Shown here: positions 1-9,590 of the stretch, piece after piece
Layout of the letters: each line of letters opens with the position of its first letter
Numbering within the stretch: the stretch's first letter is position 1
DNA from: an uncultured Bacilli bacterium
Lineage (GTDB): Bacteria > Bacillota_I > Bacilli_A > RF39 > UBA660
Direction of reading: 5' to 3'
Length of the DNA stretch: 64,000 nucleotides
NCBI GenBank assembly: GCA_910583745.1
Contig: CAJTZC010000001.1
Coordinates: 34,746 to 98,745, forward strand
The notes under the pieces: generated by a model
The model's database searches: none
The model's input: the letters and a program-made list of their open reading frames with translations, nothing else
What the model was told of the DNA's origin: nothing
Program-made: the position numbers and the translations under genes

Positions 1-677
1 CCATCGCCATCTGTATCGACATTGAACGTAGGGTCTAGATTTCCTCCATAGTCGATGTTGATGTCTGGTTTCCCATCTCCATTTGTATCGACGTTGACAT
101 CTGGTTTCCCATCGCCGTCCGTGTCGACATTTAAATCTGGTTTGCCGTCCCCAGAAGTGTCGATGTTCATATCTGGCTTTTTATCTCCATCTTTATCGAT
201 GTTCAAATCGACGATTCCGTCTCCATCGATATCGATGTTTATCTCAGGGTGTCCATCCCCGTCTATGTCACAGTTGATATCACAAACTCCATCGCCATCG
301 ATGTCTTGATCGATAAGATTTAAATCTGGTTTGCCGTCCCCGTTTGTATCGATGTTAAAAGTAGGCTTCAAATTGTGATTGTAGTCGATGTTGATGTCCG
401 GTTTTCCGTCTCCGTCTAAGTCGCAATTGACATCACAGACTCCATCTTTATCTAGGTCGCAGTTCAAATCGCATACGCCATCGCCATCTAAGTCGATGTT
501 CATATTCGAGTTGTCGCCTGAAATCATAGATGAGAATGCTACGCCGATTACGCCTAATAGCAACAGTATAATGATGATGACTACTAATATGACTGTGCGT
601 CTTTGGTATTTGTCGTTTTCTTTTTCTACTCGTTCTACTTTTTCTTTCAATTCATTTTCATATTCTTTGTTATCCAT
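1..677 (-). CDS. Membrane-anchored protein with thrombospondin-type-3-like Asp-rich (DxDxDGxxDxxxD) calcium-binding repeats containing Cys pairs. Partial: the C-terminal part runs off the window start.
   Basis: Reverse-strand ATG at 675-677 with AGGAAGG-like RBS ~9 nt upstream. Translation MDNKEYENELKEK..., one TM helix (TVILVVIIIILLLLGVIGVAF), then repeated IDxDGDGKPDxNxD / DLDGDGVCDxNCD units with no stop down to position 1. The plus-strand ORFs 55-309 and 388-729 are antisense shadows of these repeats. Confidence 0.6.
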   Translation of the reverse strand, partial: MDNKEYENELKEKVERVEKENDKYQRRTVILVVIIIILLLLGVIGVAFSSMISGDNSNMNIDLDGDGVCDLNCDLDKDGVCDVNCDLDGDGKPDINIDYNHNLKPTFNIDTNGDGKPDLNLIDQDIDGDGVCDINCDIDGDGHPEINIDIDGDGIVDLNIDKDGDKKPDMNIDTSGDGKPDLNVDTDGDGKPDVNVDTNGDGKPDINIDYGGNLDPTFNVDTDGD

Positions 678-789
678 AACTATGACCCTTCCTATTTTAT
701 ATCATATATGTATAGTATTTCATTTTTAAGCAATAAAGTCAATAAATTTGAATAAAGTTTACGAAAGTTAATGACTATTTTGCTAATTT

Positions 790-1983
790 TTACGCTTTCC
801 TCGTCACCAGTTCTTTTTTCTTTTTTATTAGTATGCACGATAATGTGATGTGTATTATAAAAATGATGCAAGTCGGGAACACCATCCATCGAATCGGAAG
901 ATGAAAGGTCAGTCCGCATATGAATACACCAATTGCATCTCCTATGAGACTTGTGCAGTATTTCAACACTGTCATAAACAGCGAGTATTTTTCATCTATG
1001 TTATTTATGAAAAAGCCTCCGAATAAAAAGTTATAGAGACAATCTGTCAAAAGTAGATAGATGATCGTCATGATAAGAAACAGTGGATTGCCTGTAATCA
1101 ATGTCAGAAAATAGAATATTCCTCTGGCTCCGTATTTGAAGAAAAGGTTGATGTAATCGTTTTTAAAGTTGAGATATTTTACGACGACCATCGATAGTAA
1201 ATTCGATATGATACCCATACCTAAAATGATAAAACTTGCCGTCATGGAAGAAAAGTGCAGATTCTCTGTGAGGGTCAACATGGGCATGCCGAGGACGGTT
1301 CCCCAGCATATAGAACCGACGATACTGACGACAAAATACAAATAGAAAACCTTGTTTTTGTTGAAGTATTTTACTGCCTCTTTTATTTTTAGTTGTTGCT
1401 CTTCTTTTTTGGTTTCGACATGCGTACATAAGAGCACTATGAATCCTACAAAAGTAAATAGTAAAGATAGGATGAGACAGCTATTGTAATCGATAGTCAT
1501 CGAAAAAAGAGTTTTTCCTAGTAATATAGATACTATGAGAAATCCTAGTTTATTCGATAGAGATTCTACTAGCCCCTTTTTTGTGTAAATTATATCGTCT
1601 CTTTGCATGTTCATCATCAAAGGATAGATGCTCGAAAGGATGAGTTGGGTAAATGCCATATTGAAGAGCATCAAAAATTTTATCCAAAAGTCATTCGCTG
1701 TACCGTTCAATAACACGAGTAACAGACCTGTAACTAATGTTAATGCCAAGGTAACGATTATACCTTTATGCAGTTGATCGGTAGACACTTTAAATGTAAA
1801 GAAAAATAAGCAAAGAATGGTGACTAAACTCGAAATGCTTATGATGTGACTGATTGTCGTGGGCGAAAGGCCGTTTGCATCCATCCACATAATTCTATAA
1901 TTATCGAATAAACCGATAGAAAATCCGAACAGAGCTAAAAATACTAGTATTCTAAACATCGGACTATCCATATATTTTTTCAT
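790..1983 (-). CDS. MFS-type transporter (polytopic membrane protein, ~12 predicted TM segments)
   Basis: 397-aa ORF, uniformly hydrophobic with ~12 helical stretches and short loops. Fold assignment is from composition and topology only. Confidence 0.5.
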   Translation of the reverse strand: MKKYMDSPMFRILVFLALFGFSIGLFDNYRIMWMDANGLSPTTISHIISISSLVTILCLFFFTFKVSTDQLHKGIIVTLALTLVTGLLLVLLNGTANDFWIKFLMLFNMAFTQLILSSIYPLMMNMQRDDIIYTKKGLVESLSNKLGFLIVSILLGKTLFSMTIDYNSCLILSLLFTFVGFIVLLCTHVETKKEEQQLKIKEAVKYFNKNKVFYLYFVVSIVGSICWGTVLGMPMLTLTENLHFSSMTASFIILGMGIISNLLSMVVVKYLNFKNDYINLFFKYGARGIFYFLTLITGNPLFLIMTIIYLLLTDCLYNFLFGGFFINNIDEKYSLFMTVLKYCTSLIGDAIGVFICGLTFHLPIRWMVFPTCIIFIIHITLSCILIKKKKELVTRKA

Positions 1984-2177
1984 AAAATATCACTTCTTTA
2001 CTATAAAGAATTGTACCATATTTTATTTCGTTTTAATATGTTATTTTAAAAAGTTTACTCTGTTTTTTGCAATCAGAAACCTAAATCTTTTTTCAGAAGT
2101 TTAGATTCATTGGAACTTAAGCTATGATTAAAATCATATAGTTTTTTAATTCTCGATCACTTAACAGTTTGGTCTCT

Positions 2178-2358
2178 CCTACTATTATTATTCCGGAAAA
2201 AATTTTTTTCTCATTATTTCTTCCACTTTTTTTCGAAGACGTGAACGCATGTTTTGTTTTCGGCCATTTTTCGACAGAGAGAGAAAAATGTCATTTTTAG
2301 AACATGCAAAAAGAGAAAATGCTTTGTTGTACATTCTCTCTCGTTTTTGCCAAAAAAT
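2178..2358. repeat. Intergenic repeat element, copy A (~180 bp). Partner copy at 31991-32176 is in the same orientation and ~88% identical. Contains internal inverted repeats.
   Basis: Direct comparison of the two regions: ctactattattattccg(g)aaaaaa...ctcattatttctt.cactttttttcga...ttttgtttt.ggcc.tttttcgaca...agaaaaatg.catttttа.aacatgcaaaaagagaaaatg.tttgttgtacatt.ctct...gc.aaaaaatga. Internal palindromes aaaaatg/cattttt and agagaaaatg/cattttctct. Confidence 0.7.
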
Positions 2359-2693
2359 GATTTTCTGTTTTTCTCTTAAAAGACTTTTCTCATCACAGGT
2401 GTATGAATTGATTTAAGTAGCTGTTTCTCCAATCTGCTATTAAGGGGGGTCAACTCTGTATTTATTATTATTCAGATGGGAGGTGTCTATTCAGTTAAAA
2501 TAGACTTAGGGGGCTTACTTCAAGTGCTTATTGTACTTGCCACTATCATTGCTTCTCTAAATAATAAAGAGAAAACGACTCATCGGTTGGAGAAACGCGA
2601 CTCGAGCAACTTGTGTTACTCTCGATTATGATTATAGGGTATGCTTTTCTTTTTTTCAAATCTTATTTTCAAAAATTATAAACCATTGTAAAT

Positions 2694-3506
2694 TTAATTC
2701 ATCGAACCATAATGATGGAAAGAAATCATTAAATTTCCACTTGGATTTTCTTCTAGCAAGTTAGCAAAGTCTTTGAGAATGTCTTCCTTAGAAGCAAAGT
2801 AACCCTCTTTTCCATATTCGACTTCATAAATAGAATCAATCTTTTTATCGTATTTATTCGCAAGTTCAACTTCTCTTTTGATTTTAGAAGCTGTTTTAGA
2901 TATCTTATAGTTCATGACTGAGATACCATCCGAATTTTTAATCACTCTTTTTAGCAAGTCGTCGTCGATGGAGTCGAACCAATATGGGATAGCTAACAAC
3001 AATTCTAAATCATGTCTTTTGCAATAATCATAACTCTTTTCGATTTGTTCGACATATACTTCAAAGTCTTCGACCAAAAATTCTTCACTTTTTTCACTCA
3101 CATAGGGTTCAATATCCAAGATAATTCCTCGAATAGGCATCTCGACCTTTTCATTGAAAGCTAAAACTTTTTTAACCTCTCTCTTTATTTTTTCGTAGCC
3201 TTCCTTGCGTCCCCATGAAGGATCACCTGCGAGGTGGTAGACCGCGATTTCTCGGTCGTCCATCTCTTTTAAAAACGAGTCGTCGCCTTTTTCTAGAAAC
3301 TCACTCGAGAAGTCTTGGTATAGAACTTTTACATTGTATTCTTTTAATACCTTATAAAATTTCATTGGATCTTCTAAAATTTCATCTAATTTCCAAGAGT
3401 AGAGGCTCGATTCATAGATTACTGTCTTCGCTTTAAATATCGATATGAATAAAACGAGCAAAAGAAAAGAAAGCAGAATTGCTAAAAATGTTGTTTTTTT
3501 GTTCAT
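2694..3506 (-). CDS. Signal-anchored extracytoplasmic protein of the EPS operon; possible polysaccharide hydrolase-like (TIM-barrel) protein
   Basis: 270 aa with an N-terminal TM anchor. Stop overlaps the upstream GT2 gene start (3503-3506). Acidic motif ILDIEPY suggests a glycoside-hydrolase-like barrel. No CE4 deacetylase motifs were seen. Confidence 0.35.
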   Translation of the reverse strand: MNKKTTFLAILLSFLLLVLFISIFKAKTVIYESSLYSWKLDEILEDPMKFYKVLKEYNVKVLYQDFSSEFLEKGDDSFLKEMDDREIAVYHLAGDPSWGRKEGYEKIKREVKKVLAFNEKVEMPIRGIILDIEPYVSEKSEEFLVEDFEVYVEQIEKSYDYCKRHDLELLLAIPYWFDSIDDDLLKRVIKNSDGISVMNYKISKTASKIKREVELANKYDKKIDSIYEVEYGKEGYFASKEDILKDFANLLEENPSGNLMISFHHYGSMN

Positions 3507-4906
3507 ACTTTCAATTCCGTTCTATCTAATTTATCCCACTTCATGCGTTTTTTCTTGTATCCTATGAACGATGTCAACCTTGCGACCATGAGAATAAATC
3601 GCAAGAACGCAATCTCAAATATGCAGAGATATACCGCGCGACAAATGTCTTTAAATGACAATTTGTTGTTTGCAAGATAGATTCTCGCGAAGAACGTCGT
3701 CAAAGTCATGACACAGCCAAAGAGTGTGTATAAAATATAAAATATAATCATGAATGGTACATTTAGAAGACCAAAACATAGGGCGACAATCGTCGCGATG
3801 TTTCCGATGACCTCTATAAAAGGTGATAATAACTCGAAAAACAGGTAGTAAAAATAAGAGATAAAGCTCAAGAAACCGTAATGATAATTGCAGAACAGTT
3901 CTCTGTATTTTGTCATACATTGGACGAGGCCTATATACCATCTCTTTCTCTGTTTTATTAAATCTTTTAATTTTTCAGGAGCTTGTGTCCAACAAATAGC
4001 TTCGGGTATGTATCTGATGTTGTAATCAATCGAATTTTTTTGACAAAAAACGTGCATCTTCGAGACGAGCTCAAAGTCTTCTCCTACTGTGTTTTGATCA
4101 TATCCATTGCATGCGAGGACGATTTCTTTTTGAAAGAGTCCGAAGGCTCCAGATATAATCAAGTTTCCATTGTAGTAATCCAACATAATTCTAGAGGCTA
4201 AGAAAGACCTGTCGTACTCTAAAACTTGCATGCTTGCCAGAATATTTTTTGGAAGTTCGTATTTTTGTACTACACCATCACGAAGTTCTACCGCATTGCT
4301 AAGACGAATGAACCCTCCACAGGCGATGACTGTCTCGTCTTCGAGAATTGGACGTACGAGTAACTCCAAAGAATCTTTTTGTAAGGCAGAATCGGCGTCC
4401 ATGGCGAGGAAGTATGGAAATTTGGAGATGTTTATTCCCGCATTCAAAGAATCAGATTTTCCGCCGTTTTCTTTATCGATTACAGTTATCTTTACTCCCT
4501 TGTGCGTACCTTCGTAGATGCCTCTTATCTTTTTTGTCTTCAACTGTCTATTGTACGGTTTGTCAACCTTCGTCAGTGCGTATTCTTCTAAAAGACATTG
4601 TAAGGTCTTATCTGTCGAACCGTCGTTGATGACGATGATTTCATAGAGCTTATAGTCTAATGCTAAAAGAGATTTGACACTCGAACGAATGACTTTCTCT
4701 TCGTTATAAGCTGGAACCAAAATAGAAACGGGAACATAGTAGTCGTGTTCGATGTTGTTATGCATGACCTCTTTATAGCGATTTTTAAACAATGTAATCG
4801 ATCCGATAATCGACGAAATAAATAAAAACGTCGAATAAAATAGCATGTACAATATGAAGAAATAGCTCACGTATTTGAGACATATTTTTACGATTTCTAA
4901 AGCCAT
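3503..4906 (-). CDS. Processive family-2 glycosyltransferase (PgaC/IcaA/BcsA-like exopolysaccharide synthase)
   Basis: 467 aa. N-terminal 2 TM, then a GT-A domain with DGSTD, the DAD-type motif (LAMDADSAL) and the processive-synthase signature QRKRW (QxxRW), followed by C-terminal TM helices. Confidence 0.75.
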   Translation of the reverse strand: MALEIVKICLKYVSYFFILYMLFYSTFLFISSIIGSITLFKNRYKEVMHNNIEHDYYVPVSILVPAYNEEKVIRSSVKSLLALDYKLYEIIVINDGSTDKTLQCLLEEYALTKVDKPYNRQLKTKKIRGIYEGTHKGVKITVIDKENGGKSDSLNAGINISKFPYFLAMDADSALQKDSLELLVRPILEDETVIACGGFIRLSNAVELRDGVVQKYELPKNILASMQVLEYDRSFLASRIMLDYYNGNLIISGAFGLFQKEIVLACNGYDQNTVGEDFELVSKMHVFCQKNSIDYNIRYIPEAICWTQAPEKLKDLIKQRKRWYIGLVQCMTKYRELFCNYHYGFLSFISYFYYLFFELLSPFIEVIGNIATIVALCFGLLNVPFMIIFYILYTLFGCVMTLTTFFARIYLANNKLSFKDICRAVYLCIFEIAFLRFILMVARLTSFIGYKKKRMKWDKLDRTELKV

Positions 4907-5991
4907 TATACATCGCCTCCTAAAAGGTGTGATTGGTAAGAAAGTGCTTCTTTTGCATATAAATCATCGATGGATTGAATTAAGTCTTTTCGTTTTTCCT
5001 CTTTCGTCAGTTCGATGAGACTTGCAGCCGCATTGGCTCTTACATACCAATTGTGACTTCTCACTGCCCTCTTTAATACTTCTAAAGTCTTTTTTTCTGG
5101 ATATTTTTTTAGAGTCATCGCTGCGATGGCTGAATATTCCCAGTTGTTTTTGTCGTCACTCAAGAGTTCGTAGAGAGTCTCTATCACTGGCTCGTAGTGG
5201 ACATTGGAAAAATATCTTATACAAGCTATCTTTACTTCTTTGTGCTCGATTGGTGAAGTAAGGATTTTGTAAATGAATTCCTTGCAATCGATTTTTTTAT
5301 AGCCAAAAAAGTTGATACAGGCGACTTTGTAATCTTCGTCATAGTTTTTTAGTTCTTCGATGAGCATATTTGCGAGTTCTTTTGTGTCGCCCCGATATTT
5401 CATCAAACCATCGGTTATCAATTTGTGATGATGTTTGATGTTCAGATAGTTCATCTGAAAGAAAGCTTCTTTTATATACGAAGTTTTTCCTATCGAATAC
5501 AACGTGTTTAAAGCGTTCTCTCTCAAATAGACAGAATCTTTCGTCGTACATTGTATGATGTAGGAAAGGACGTGATCCATGTTCTCTTCGTATAAATAAG
5601 GATACTGTGCTAAGAAGTGGATAAAATAGGTCTGTCTGATGATTTCTTCTTTTTGGTAATGTGGTAAAATCTCTCGGAATACGGACTTTATCTTTGTGAG
5701 ATATTTTTTCCGTCTATCTTCAGGCATATTGTCGATGGCACTCGTAAAAGCGATGAAATAGCCTATCTTCTTGAGATTTTTGGCGAGTCTTTTGATGTCG
5801 TCGGAAGAGATATCTTCCGGCTTTTTGTTCGCGATTTGTTCTTCGATTTTTTTCGTGAGCAATTCGGTGTTTTTGTCTGTGACTTTTCTATATAATATAG
5901 ATACCACATCGAAAACGAGCATCGAAAGAAATACAATCAGATATATGTATAAAGTGTTCTCTGCAATCGAATTCATAATCAGACTCTCCAA
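4906..5991 (-). CDS. Membrane-anchored HEAT/PBS-lyase-like repeat protein
   Basis: 361 aa. N-terminal TM, then helical repeats (e.g. SHNWYVRANAAASLIEL) typical of HEAT/PBS-lyase repeats. Overlaps neighbouring genes at both ends (operon). Confidence 0.45.
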   Translation of the reverse strand: MESLIMNSIAENTLYIYLIVFLSMLVFDVVSILYRKVTDKNTELLTKKIEEQIANKKPEDISSDDIKRLAKNLKKIGYFIAFTSAIDNMPEDRRKKYLTKIKSVFREILPHYQKEEIIRQTYFIHFLAQYPYLYEENMDHVLSYIIQCTTKDSVYLRENALNTLYSIGKTSYIKEAFFQMNYLNIKHHHKLITDGLMKYRGDTKELANMLIEELKNYDEDYKVACINFFGYKKIDCKEFIYKILTSPIEHKEVKIACIRYFSNVHYEPVIETLYELLSDDKNNWEYSAIAAMTLKKYPEKKTLEVLKRAVRSHNWYVRANAAASLIELTKEEKRKDLIQSIDDLYAKEALSYQSHLLGGDV

Positions 5992-8105
5992 TCTTTTTTG
6001 ACAATTTCGTACGATTTTTTTAGTCTCTCATGGTATGTAATCTTTTCTCCCCAAGGTTTCAATTTATAAGAATTTAAAGTTATATTTGAGGAGAACGATG
6101 CACCGATAAACAATTCATCAATTTTGTAACTGTCGACCCCATATTGTTCGTAATAGTCGTCGTGTATCATCATAGACGATGGATCGGAGAAATTTAAAAT
6201 TTGCCATGGGATTCGTATCTCCACCTTGCCGTCCTTTTCGTAAAAGTCGGCTTGTGAATTATAATCCGAAGCATTCGGATTTCCATTTCCAAACGTGAGA
6301 CGACCCGTATTGACTAGGGTGGCTTGTTTGTAGTTACGACTATATCTGTTCGTGCTGTAAGGCTCGATTAAGAGGTTTATGTCGGTGAAGGTGCTCGAAT
6401 CCTTAGCGGGCTTGTCTATATAAGAATTTTTGCCGAGAAGTTCGTATCCATCGACTGCTTTTAATACATCGTAATACTCTTGAACGAGGATTTTTCCTTC
6501 TTTTCCATCTAGAACGATTAAGAAATCGACGTCTCTATCGAAATTTAGGTTGTAATGGTTCGCGAATTTGGTTCCACTTTTCTCTGTGACATCCAATGGG
6601 ATATACAGAGGAGCTTGCTGTTTTTTCTTTTTGTCGACATACAAATAGAGATATCTTTCGTCCTGTTTCATACTCAAAGAAAGGTTTTCCGTATCGACAA
6701 TTTTATCCTTGTCGCTCCATTCTTTGATATCTCCATCGATATAACAGACACTTTCCTCTTCTCCGGGGTCAAATGTCAAAAGACCTAGACCTTGGTTTGT
6801 CGTCTGTACATCGTTCCAGTTCATCGTCTCCGGGATATCTATCTTTTCAATTGTATTCCAAGAGCGCTTATCCCATTCGTCTTGCCATGTGGCAATTAAG
6901 CCTCCGGCCGAACCGGTTTCGATGATGGTGTGGTATGCATTCACGAGGGCCTTTCCCTGTTCTTCTTCGGTCATACCACCGAAATTTCCGTACCTATCGT
7001 CCGCGAGAGAGGAAATTCCACGAGAAGTCGAATAAGCGAATTCTGTCACGAGAACAGGCATGTCGTGGTGGTTGTTGAGTTTCAAAAGGTATGAGAAGTA
7101 TGTGTCTTGGTATTCCTCTTTCTCATAACTCAAGTAGTTAGGATAATAAGAAGAAATGTTGTATGCTGCGAATAGACCTTTGTAATCGTTTACTGGTTTT
7201 AAGTGTTCTGCGTCGAGACGTACTAGTTTATGGTAAAAGAACTTCAAATTCTCAGGAGTCAAATATGGAACTTCGTTTTCATCTTCTTTGACAATCGGTA
7301 TATCTCCGACGGGATCAGTCGTAGGGGAATTGATGAACGATATACTGTGTTGTTCGTTGTATTTTTTTGTCTCATACGTGACGAGATGGTCGAGAACTTT
7401 GGCAAGCATCGTCTCAAATGGTGTCGCGTCGGCTTCTGTAGATATGTAGTTGCCAGAAAAACCTTTTCTATCCTGGTATTTGTTGTCGGTGTAGATGATG
7501 GTGTAATCTATCCATTCGCTTCCGACGACATACGCTAAGACGTATTTGGATATGTTTTTTTTGTACTGTCCTTTTCCGGCGTTATTTAAGGCTAATTTTT
7601 TCCTTCCGTGTATGACATCTACTGCGTTTTCTGCTCTCGTAATCAGTTCACCATAGTAAGCACGCGAGAACCCATCGTGATGGGAATTCAGAGTGTATGA
7701 ATCTAAGTTTATTCCCTGTATCAGATATAATTTCTCCTCGTGTGCTTCGTTGTAATCGTAGAAAGCATCGTAAAAATCGTCATTGAATATCGCATTCAAG
7801 CGCACAGTGTTGCTGCCGAGCTCGTGGATGGATTCGAGCCATGCATAATACGTGTCATACGGTATCGCGTAATCTGTGACATAGTGACCCGGTATCGAAG
7901 CTCCTATGTTTACTCCTTTTACGGTGATTTGTTCGTACGCATCGCCTTTGGCCATCATCAACTTTTTTCCGTCTGCAAAACTTATCACTTCGATTTCTCC
8001 GCTTTTAGGGACAAAGAAACTCCATCGATAGTATGCAAAATCGAATAAGAAATAGATTCCTATCAGTGTAAAAATTAAGATTATAAATTTTTTCATCTTG
8101 TCCAC
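5979..8105 (-). CDS. Membrane-anchored 708-aa extracytoplasmic protein, putative glycoside-hydrolase-like TIM-barrel plus beta-sandwich C-terminal region
   Basis: N-terminal TM anchor. Region with VLVTEFAYSTSRG, resembling a GH nucleophile motif. Large Tyr/Asn-rich C-terminal part. Function inferred weakly. Confidence 0.4.
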   Translation of the reverse strand: MDKMKKFIILIFTLIGIYFLFDFAYYRWSFFVPKSGEIEVISFADGKKLMMAKGDAYEQITVKGVNIGASIPGHYVTDYAIPYDTYYAWLESIHELGSNTVRLNAIFNDDFYDAFYDYNEAHEEKLYLIQGINLDSYTLNSHHDGFSRAYYGELITRAENAVDVIHGRKKLALNNAGKGQYKKNISKYVLAYVVGSEWIDYTIIYTDNKYQDRKGFSGNYISTEADATPFETMLAKVLDHLVTYETKKYNEQHSISFINSPTTDPVGDIPIVKEDENEVPYLTPENLKFFYHKLVRLDAEHLKPVNDYKGLFAAYNISSYYPNYLSYEKEEYQDTYFSYLLKLNNHHDMPVLVTEFAYSTSRGISSLADDRYGNFGGMTEEEQGKALVNAYHTIIETGSAGGLIATWQDEWDKRSWNTIEKIDIPETMNWNDVQTTNQGLGLLTFDPGEEESVCYIDGDIKEWSDKDKIVDTENLSLSMKQDERYLYLYVDKKKKQQAPLYIPLDVTEKSGTKFANHYNLNFDRDVDFLIVLDGKEGKILVQEYYDVLKAVDGYELLGKNSYIDKPAKDSSTFTDINLLIEPYSTNRYSRNYKQATLVNTGRLTFGNGNPNASDYNSQADFYEKDGKVEIRIPWQILNFSDPSSMMIHDDYYEQYGVDSYKIDELFIGASFSSNITLNSYKLKPWGEKITYHERLKKSYEIVKKDWRV

Positions 8106-8112
8106 TCCATTC

Positions 8113-9588
8113 TTATGGATTGTAGTCTTTTACTTTTGAGGCATGGCTGAACTGTCTCAAGGATTCGATATTTTCGTCTAACCATTTTCCTCTTTCTCGT
8201 ATAGCCGTTTTCATGTCGTCGATAGCCTCTTTATAGGAATGGGCATTGTCTTCGACATTTACATAGCGGTTCTTTTCGTCACTGAACGAATCTCCGTATT
8301 TGACGAAGTTTCTCTCAATGGCAGGGCCTAAATAATCGACAACTTCATCGATGTATTCGTAAAGATAATCGTCACTCAAAACGTTCTTGCGCATCTCTCT
8401 ATATCGTGCAATGACTCTTTCAGTAAAATATTCATCTTTTAAAAGCATTTGAAACCAGTTTTTGTCTTTCATCAAAAACTCTTGGTTGTCGAGCATGTCT
8501 ACAAAGTAATTGTCGAATATGTTGTTCATATCCCAGAAAGCCAATTTCATTTTTCCGGTCTTATCTTTGTATATATAAGTCGAGTTATTCCCCGCATCGA
8601 AGTTCAAGAAAAATTCGTTGAATACGACATAGTTTACGAATGAATCGATGTCGATGTGGTTGGCATAGCCGAAGTTTTCGTCATCGTAGTCGAACGAGTA
8701 CAGAATTCGTTCGAAATAACTCAAGTCATCGTTTATATATTTGTTCAATTTAGTGGTCATTTTTGTCTTGCTCGGATATACGATGTTGTACTCGGAGAAC
8801 GGTACAATTCGGTTCGTATAGCGAGAGAAGTTGTCTAAATAGAATAGGTCGTCGTCTTCGACGTATCTCTTCGTGATGACGAGTAAGTAGCTCGTTATAT
8901 CCGCATTTTTGTTAAGTTTTGAGATATCAATTTTATTTTTGTCTACCTTTATCTTTTCGACTAGGAGGTAAACGCCTTGGTATTCTTTGTTTACAAATAC
9001 TTCGCAGAATCGGACATTTGGCGAGTATTCCATGAATTCACCTGTTAAATTGTATCCGATGTAGTTGCGCATGAGTGTCTTGTCTAACCAAGGTCCATGT
9101 AAAATGAAATCAGAATCTTCGGAGAGTCCTAAAAGAGGGTATTCTCTATCTTCACCCTTTTTGTTGATGAGTTTTACACGGAGTCCTTTTTTATCGAAAG
9201 ACCGAGAGGAATTACCACGATATCTTATGAGCGTCTCCGTCTTGAACGTCTCTTTGCTGTTTAACGCATTGTCTCCAGAGTTGTCGTAGACTTTCATCGT
9301 CGATTGGATGTACTCGTCTACACTCTTGTCGTCTCCGCCTAGAATCTCTTTTCCTTCCGTATCGAACGAAATGATAGGAAGATGTGACGAAAAGGACGAA
9401 GGGTCTATCGTCCTACTTTGAAATGTGGTTTCATCTATCTTGCTGTAATCGTAGTTTGGATATTTTGTCTCTTTTACTAAGTGTTCGTGGTATCGATTGT
9501 TTTCCAAACCCTCTTCGACTGTACTTGCCCAAAAAGAGAGCCCTAGCACTCCTATACAAGCACACAATACTATGACTTTATTTTTCAT
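8113..9588 (-). CDS. CotH-family atypical protein kinase with signal peptide
   Basis: 491 aa with an N-terminal signal peptide (MKNKVIVLCACIGVLGLSFWAS). Core matches the CotH family: NVRFCEVFVNKEYQGVYLLVEKIK. 8-bp gap to the downstream gene. Confidence 0.65.
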   Translation of the reverse strand: MKNKVIVLCACIGVLGLSFWASTVEEGLENNRYHEHLVKETKYPNYDYSKIDETTFQSRTIDPSSFSSHLPIISFDTEGKEILGGDDKSVDEYIQSTMKVYDNSGDNALNSKETFKTETLIRYRGNSSRSFDKKGLRVKLINKKGEDREYPLLGLSEDSDFILHGPWLDKTLMRNYIGYNLTGEFMEYSPNVRFCEVFVNKEYQGVYLLVEKIKVDKNKIDISKLNKNADITSYLLVITKRYVEDDDLFYLDNFSRYTNRIVPFSEYNIVYPSKTKMTTKLNKYINDDLSYFERILYSFDYDDENFGYANHIDIDSFVNYVVFNEFFLNFDAGNNSTYIYKDKTGKMKLAFWDMNNIFDNYFVDMLDNQEFLMKDKNWFQMLLKDEYFTERVIARYREMRKNVLSDDYLYEYIDEVVDYLGPAIERNFVKYGDSFSDEKNRYVNVEDNAHSYKEAIDDMKTAIRERGKWLDENIESLRQFSHASKVKDYNP

Positions 9589-9590
9589 AA

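Noticed and set aside
55-729. Plus-strand ORFs 55-309 and 388-729 with repetitive SGFPSPS-like translation
   Set aside because: They are antisense shadows of the minus-strand Asp-rich repeat gene (1-677). The repeat periodicity keeps the opposite strand open, and the minus frame gives a coherent signal-anchor plus Ca-binding-repeat protein with RBS.
2476-2631. Plus-strand 51-codon ORF (MGGVYSVKIDLGGLLQVLIVLATIIASLNNK...) between repeat copy A and the EPS operon end
   Set aside because: Below a useful size. No convincing RBS. It lies in a region that may simply be the operon terminator/untranslated tail. Kept only as a note, since it has one TM-like segment.
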